A DNA stretch of 64,000 nucleotides from Macrostomum hystrix (taxonomy: Eukaryota; Animalia; Platyhelminthes): assembly GCA_950097015.1 (NCBI GenBank), contig CATNEN010000007.1, positions 10,540,001 to 10,604,000 of the forward strand, written 5' to 3'. Under the pieces are notes generated by a model that worked only from the letters and a program-made list of their open reading frames with translations, was not told where the DNA came from and ran no database searches. The position numbers and the translations under genes are program-made. Shown here one piece after another: positions 60,901 through 64,000 of the stretch. The first letter of the stretch is position 1. Each line of letters starts with the position of its first letter.

Positions 60901-62120
60901 AAGTCTCAATCGCGCAGTGACTCACCGACCGCTTATTCAGCTGGGAAGCCTTTGTGCCACAGAACAGCTCCGTGATGAGCTCCAGGAGCAGCTCGAAGTA
61001 GCGAACTTCTCTGAAAGGAATTAGCGGGGCCAGGGGGAGCAATCAACGGGGTTCCCTGACAGTTTCCGGTTCTGTGAAGGTCAGTGAGCCGGGAAGACGG
61101 CAGTGGGTTAAAAAGTTTGGCCCGAGTGAGACTTTGCGATCCTGGCCACATACACACACACGGTGTGCACGCACAAAGTAGCCTCACTAGATTCCAAATT
61201 CCTATGCGATCATCTCTCTGAAGTTCACCATCAGTCAAGTAACGGATCATAGGCTTGCCTCCCCTTTGAATGTCCTTATGGCCTCAAATAATGTGAGACC
61301 AGAGTGGAAACAGCAGGGAAGGGAAGGTCGTCCTCACCTGATGATCGCCCCGGTTGAGTCGCGCAGCATGTCCCGGAAGAACAGCAGGCCCTCCTTGCCG
61401 TTCTCCTTGCAGCGCACGGCGTCGTGCAGCAGGCGACAGTCCACAAAGCGGCGAAGCTGCGACACCAGATTGCCGTCAAGGCTGAAAAGTGAATGAAAAT
61501 TTCGAATTTTAAATCTCAATCTCCTACTAAACTGGCGATCCTCGCACTGGCTGCCCGGCTTACATCGATAAATCGAGTCTCTGCAGCTGCAGCTTGAAGT
61601 GATTCGTCAGCGGGTCGTCATTGTAAACAGACTGCTCAAGCTCGTACCAGTCGCCACCTGCGGATGAGTTGGCCGGCGAAAATTGAACTCAAACAAAAAA
61701 GTTTTTTGAAGGCACGTCGTCCTTTACCTCACAATTTAGAGCGAGCTGCACGTGTCATTCACAAGAAAAGTGAGTTTCATTGTGGTAGCGTAGCTCACCT
61801 TTGCTACAGGGTACGGCAAATTTCAGCGCCGTGATGAGCCCATTGTGACCGCCGCGGGCCAGGTAGTCCTCAATGAGGGCATCCAGCTGCGGATATTTTC
61901 TTTCTTCAACGCCCTTTTCGGCCTGGATGAACAGCAGGCCGTCCCGGTCCTTGATGATGCGGTACTGGTGCACCTTGCCGTCGAACAGGATGCAGAGCGA
62001 GTAGGAGCTGGGCATCGAGGCCGAGTTGCGCACCAGGAAGGAGCCATCATTGCCGGCCTTTTTAAGCACCTCCTCAGTTTCGGCACGCGAAATGGCACCA
62101 TGAAAGTACCAGGAAGACAT
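42204..62120 (-). CDS. INPPL1: SH2-containing inositol polyphosphate 5-phosphatase, SHIP2-like (SH2, 5-phosphatase, C2, Pro-rich, SAM), ~1171 aa, 11 coding exons
   Basis: Exons 62120-61799 (SH2: WYFHGAISR..GSFLVRNS), 61657-61564, 61481-61338, 61010-60926, 60498-60184, 54491-54359, 52520-52323 (FAGTWNM), 51039-50725 (HDLYAVATQE), 49925-49829 (TSFAFANCHL), 44744-44506 (IWMGDFSCRL), 43777-42204 (FPPTYR, PSWSDRVL, SDHKPV, C2, SAM). All introns are GT-AG with compatible phases; total 3516 nt. Confidence 0.9.
43850..44448. repeat. Purine-rich 27-bp/longer-variant minisatellite in a SHIP intron
   Basis: GGAGATGTAGGCAGTGAGAGATAGGTA and variants. Confidence 0.93.
46041..49573 (+). CDS. Five I-set Ig domain kettin/titin-like protein (~839 aa, 9 coding exons), nested antisense in SHIP intron 9
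   Basis: Exons 46041-46305, 46391-46529, 46618-47025, 47122-47220, 47297-48127, 48250-48436, 48508-48694, 49088-49201, 49284-49573 (2520 nt, phases consistent). Repeated APxF...WFKDG.PL..GSR...L.I.Y..PEDSGxY.C motifs with kettin-like linkers; Q-rich termini. Confidence 0.88.
50338..50566 (-). mobile_element. Partial copy of SINE family B
   Basis: Matches 52637-52877 with an internal deletion. Confidence 0.8.
51076..51310. repeat. 13-bp GC-rich minisatellite (~18 copies)
   Basis: Unit CCCTCCGGGTGTC, ~35 nt upstream of a SHIP acceptor. Confidence 0.97.
52535..52893 (-). mobile_element. Full-length SINE family B insertion with 14-bp TSD
   Basis: TSD CTGCAGTGCGTCAA at 52521-52534 and 52894-52907; degenerate tRNA-like head (GCTCGATTCC B box); (ATT)n tail; two more copies in the window. 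Confidence 0.88.
53920..54302. repeat. Degenerate ~63-bp tandem repeat (~6 copies)
   Basis: Recurring CACCTCACTCCCAAACCCTATCCACAGCCAGA...TGGCTGGTTGGAATT. Confidence 0.8.
55544..55591. repeat. (CTGCTCA)n heptamer repeat
   Basis: About 7 tandem copies. Confidence 0.9.
55766..55804. repeat. (CA)n microsatellite
   Basis: Seen directly. Confidence 0.95.
56480..56858. repeat. 22-bp palindromic minisatellite (~16 copies)
   Basis: Unit AAT(C/T)CTCATTCACCGTGAATC(A/G), containing the ATTCAC-C-GTGAAT dyad. Confidence 0.96.
57845..57905. repeat. (CTG)~20 microsatellite
   Basis: Seen directly. Confidence 0.97.
58748..59330. repeat. Adjacent 20-bp (58748-59160) and 25-bp (59171-59330) minisatellites
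   Basis: CTG(A/T)GACATTCCTGACAGCA and CACATTAGGACACGGGCTTCACTGT. Confidence 0.94.
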
Positions 62121-63651
62121 TGTCAAGTGCTGGGCTGGGCTCCCAGAAAACTCACTGAAGGGAAAATAAAACACATTGGTCATGAATGCCAAAATATTTT
62201 TACAGATTTGAATTGTTAGAAATAAAGATAAAGCGACCGAAATGAAGCGTCTCATAAAGTATGTGTTATATTATTTCATTTGTTTTAATAAAACTCAAAT
62301 TTTAATGAAACATAGTATTTCTGATAAATGTTAAACAGTCATTTTAATAATGCAAGCATAATTTTTTCTATGTTTTAACGTCTAGAACTACCTTAATTTT
62401 CTGAATAAAAAGCACATTTGCGCGCGTTAAAATATTGTGCTATCTATTTCCTAACGAAGCAGACAATAAGAAAAGAAAGGAAAAAGTAAATAATGCGCAA
62501 TGTTTCATGTTGATAGTAGGAAACATTATAAAAAATATTATTCTACGTAACAAATAAATTACAATGTAGACTTTTAACTCGACTCATTTGAAAATGGTTC
62601 ACCTTTGCTTACCCTTGTTTTAAATATCGTAGCAGTATGTAACTTTCACTAACTAAGACGATTAACACAAAAACGCGTTAAGCAACGTGTTCCGAGCAGC
62701 CAAACGCGAAGAAAAGATGGAAAACCAAATAAGTTAAATTGTATTAAGGTACTCAATTAAAGCACCAGCAAAAAATTGTTGCCTATGAAAAATAGAAAAC
62801 ACAAAAATATTATATAACTAGTTTTTATATATATATTATATTATTTGTTGTGGTTTATTTGCGTATTTTTTTACTTTTTCTTATACCACACTGTAATTGA
62901 TTAAAACCCGTCGTCCTGTGTTATGCGAATTGAGCTGAAAATTCTCAATTTTATCATACTTTCGAGAAATATATATTTTGTTTCACAAAGACATTTTCTG
63001 TATAATCTTGTATAAAAAAATCATTTTTTTGTTTACAGCTTGTGAACGCATTCGTATGAGTTAGCTTCTTAGCCACACGAAAAAATATAGCCATGGAGCG
63101 ATATTCATGCAATTTAGTATATTTTTTATATATTTAGTAGTAGTATATTTGTATAAATGGTAAAAATGCTTTACTGATCCGTGCAAAGGGCGTTCTAGAA
63201 ATTTTCTAGAACTTTGTAGTCTATTTTTGGTAGCTTGCAGTATTATTAATTAGCTGTTGATCAGGCATTTAAATAGCAGACAATCTACCACAAAAGCAAG
63301 ATTACAATAATATCAATATGAAAATGTTTTGAACGCGCATCAAAGAATTGACTAAAAGCTGTGTATATATGCGTACACTAAAACACTAATAGTAATGGCA
63401 AAGGTTAAAAGAGACTTCTGTGCACACTAATTAAGCTAAGAGCGGTGGGACTGCGCGTGGCTATGGCTGACTGACGAAGGCAAACAAGCCAGAAACCGGT
63501 CTCGGTCTGCCAGCACGAGGTTCGTTCACCACTTTTAGTGTGTTACAATTTCTTCCCCAACCAGATCCAACTTGAGACACTTTATAGATTTAAGGAAATT
63601 AAGTATAGTCATAGTAGTAGTACAGTAGTAGGAGTTCAAGAGAATCATCAG

Positions 63652-64000
63652 GTACCTGCCGCTGGCTGCACGCACAAACTCGGTGTTCCTAATGCGCAAC
63701 GCAATTCTCTCAGCCTGTGCAGAGGCAACCTGCTGGACCTACTGGGAGCGCGTTGTGCGGCCTTGCACGCTCTGCCATCGGGACGGACTCCAGCAGCACC
63801 TCGCTTTTCACCCGCCGCAGCCCGATATATGGGAGACACACCTAAAGAAGCTACGTAAGGTTATTTACAATTAGTTATCGGATGGAGGTGCAGATTTTCA
63901 ATATGATTTTCTTGTTGGGTCATTATTTTATATGCTGTCAAGTATTCCAAATTTTTCAGGCGCAACTCGCAGCAGACAGTCAATGACGTTTGACCGAGAA
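63652..64000 (+). CDS. Possible first exons of an unidentified gene running off the window
   Basis: GC-richer open frame (...MRNAILSACAEATCWTYWERVVRPC...HLKKL), donor C|GTAAGG at ~63854, acceptor TTTTTCAG at 63959, and the frame continues (RATRSRQSMTFDRE). No recognised domain. Confidence 0.4.

Overview
Eukaryotic genomic DNA, probably from a free-living flatworm such as Macrostomum. That assignment is an inference from GT-AG intron genes, very dense minisatellites and a GYHFFRL-type neuropeptide precursor. Left to right the window holds: (1) a truncated duplicate of an RNF217-like RBR ubiquitin ligase fused to a 48-bp minisatellite; (2) a decayed Ty3/Gypsy LTR retrotransposon (1831-11205, 4-bp TSD) carrying a nested, full-length, antisense LOA/R1-type non-LTR retrotransposon (3602-9584, 15-bp TSD); (3) two solo copies of that LINE's 5' module arranged as a foldback; (4) a small 3-exon neuropeptide prohormone gene missed by the ORF track; (5) the intact intronless RNF217-like gene; (6) a ~15-kb 23-bp satellite with higher-order structure and related minisatellites; (7) two SINE families; (8) an 11-exon SHIP2/INPPL1-like gene (minus strand) with a 9-exon 5-Ig kettin/titin-like gene nested antisense in one intron. 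The most striking observation is in the LINE. Its ORF1 has no AUG for its first ~176 codons and begins at a strong 3' splice acceptor positioned so that the AUG ending flatworm spliced leaders would be in frame. This suggests a retrotransposon that borrows its start codon from host SL trans-splicing; it is a testable hypothesis, not a demonstrated fact.
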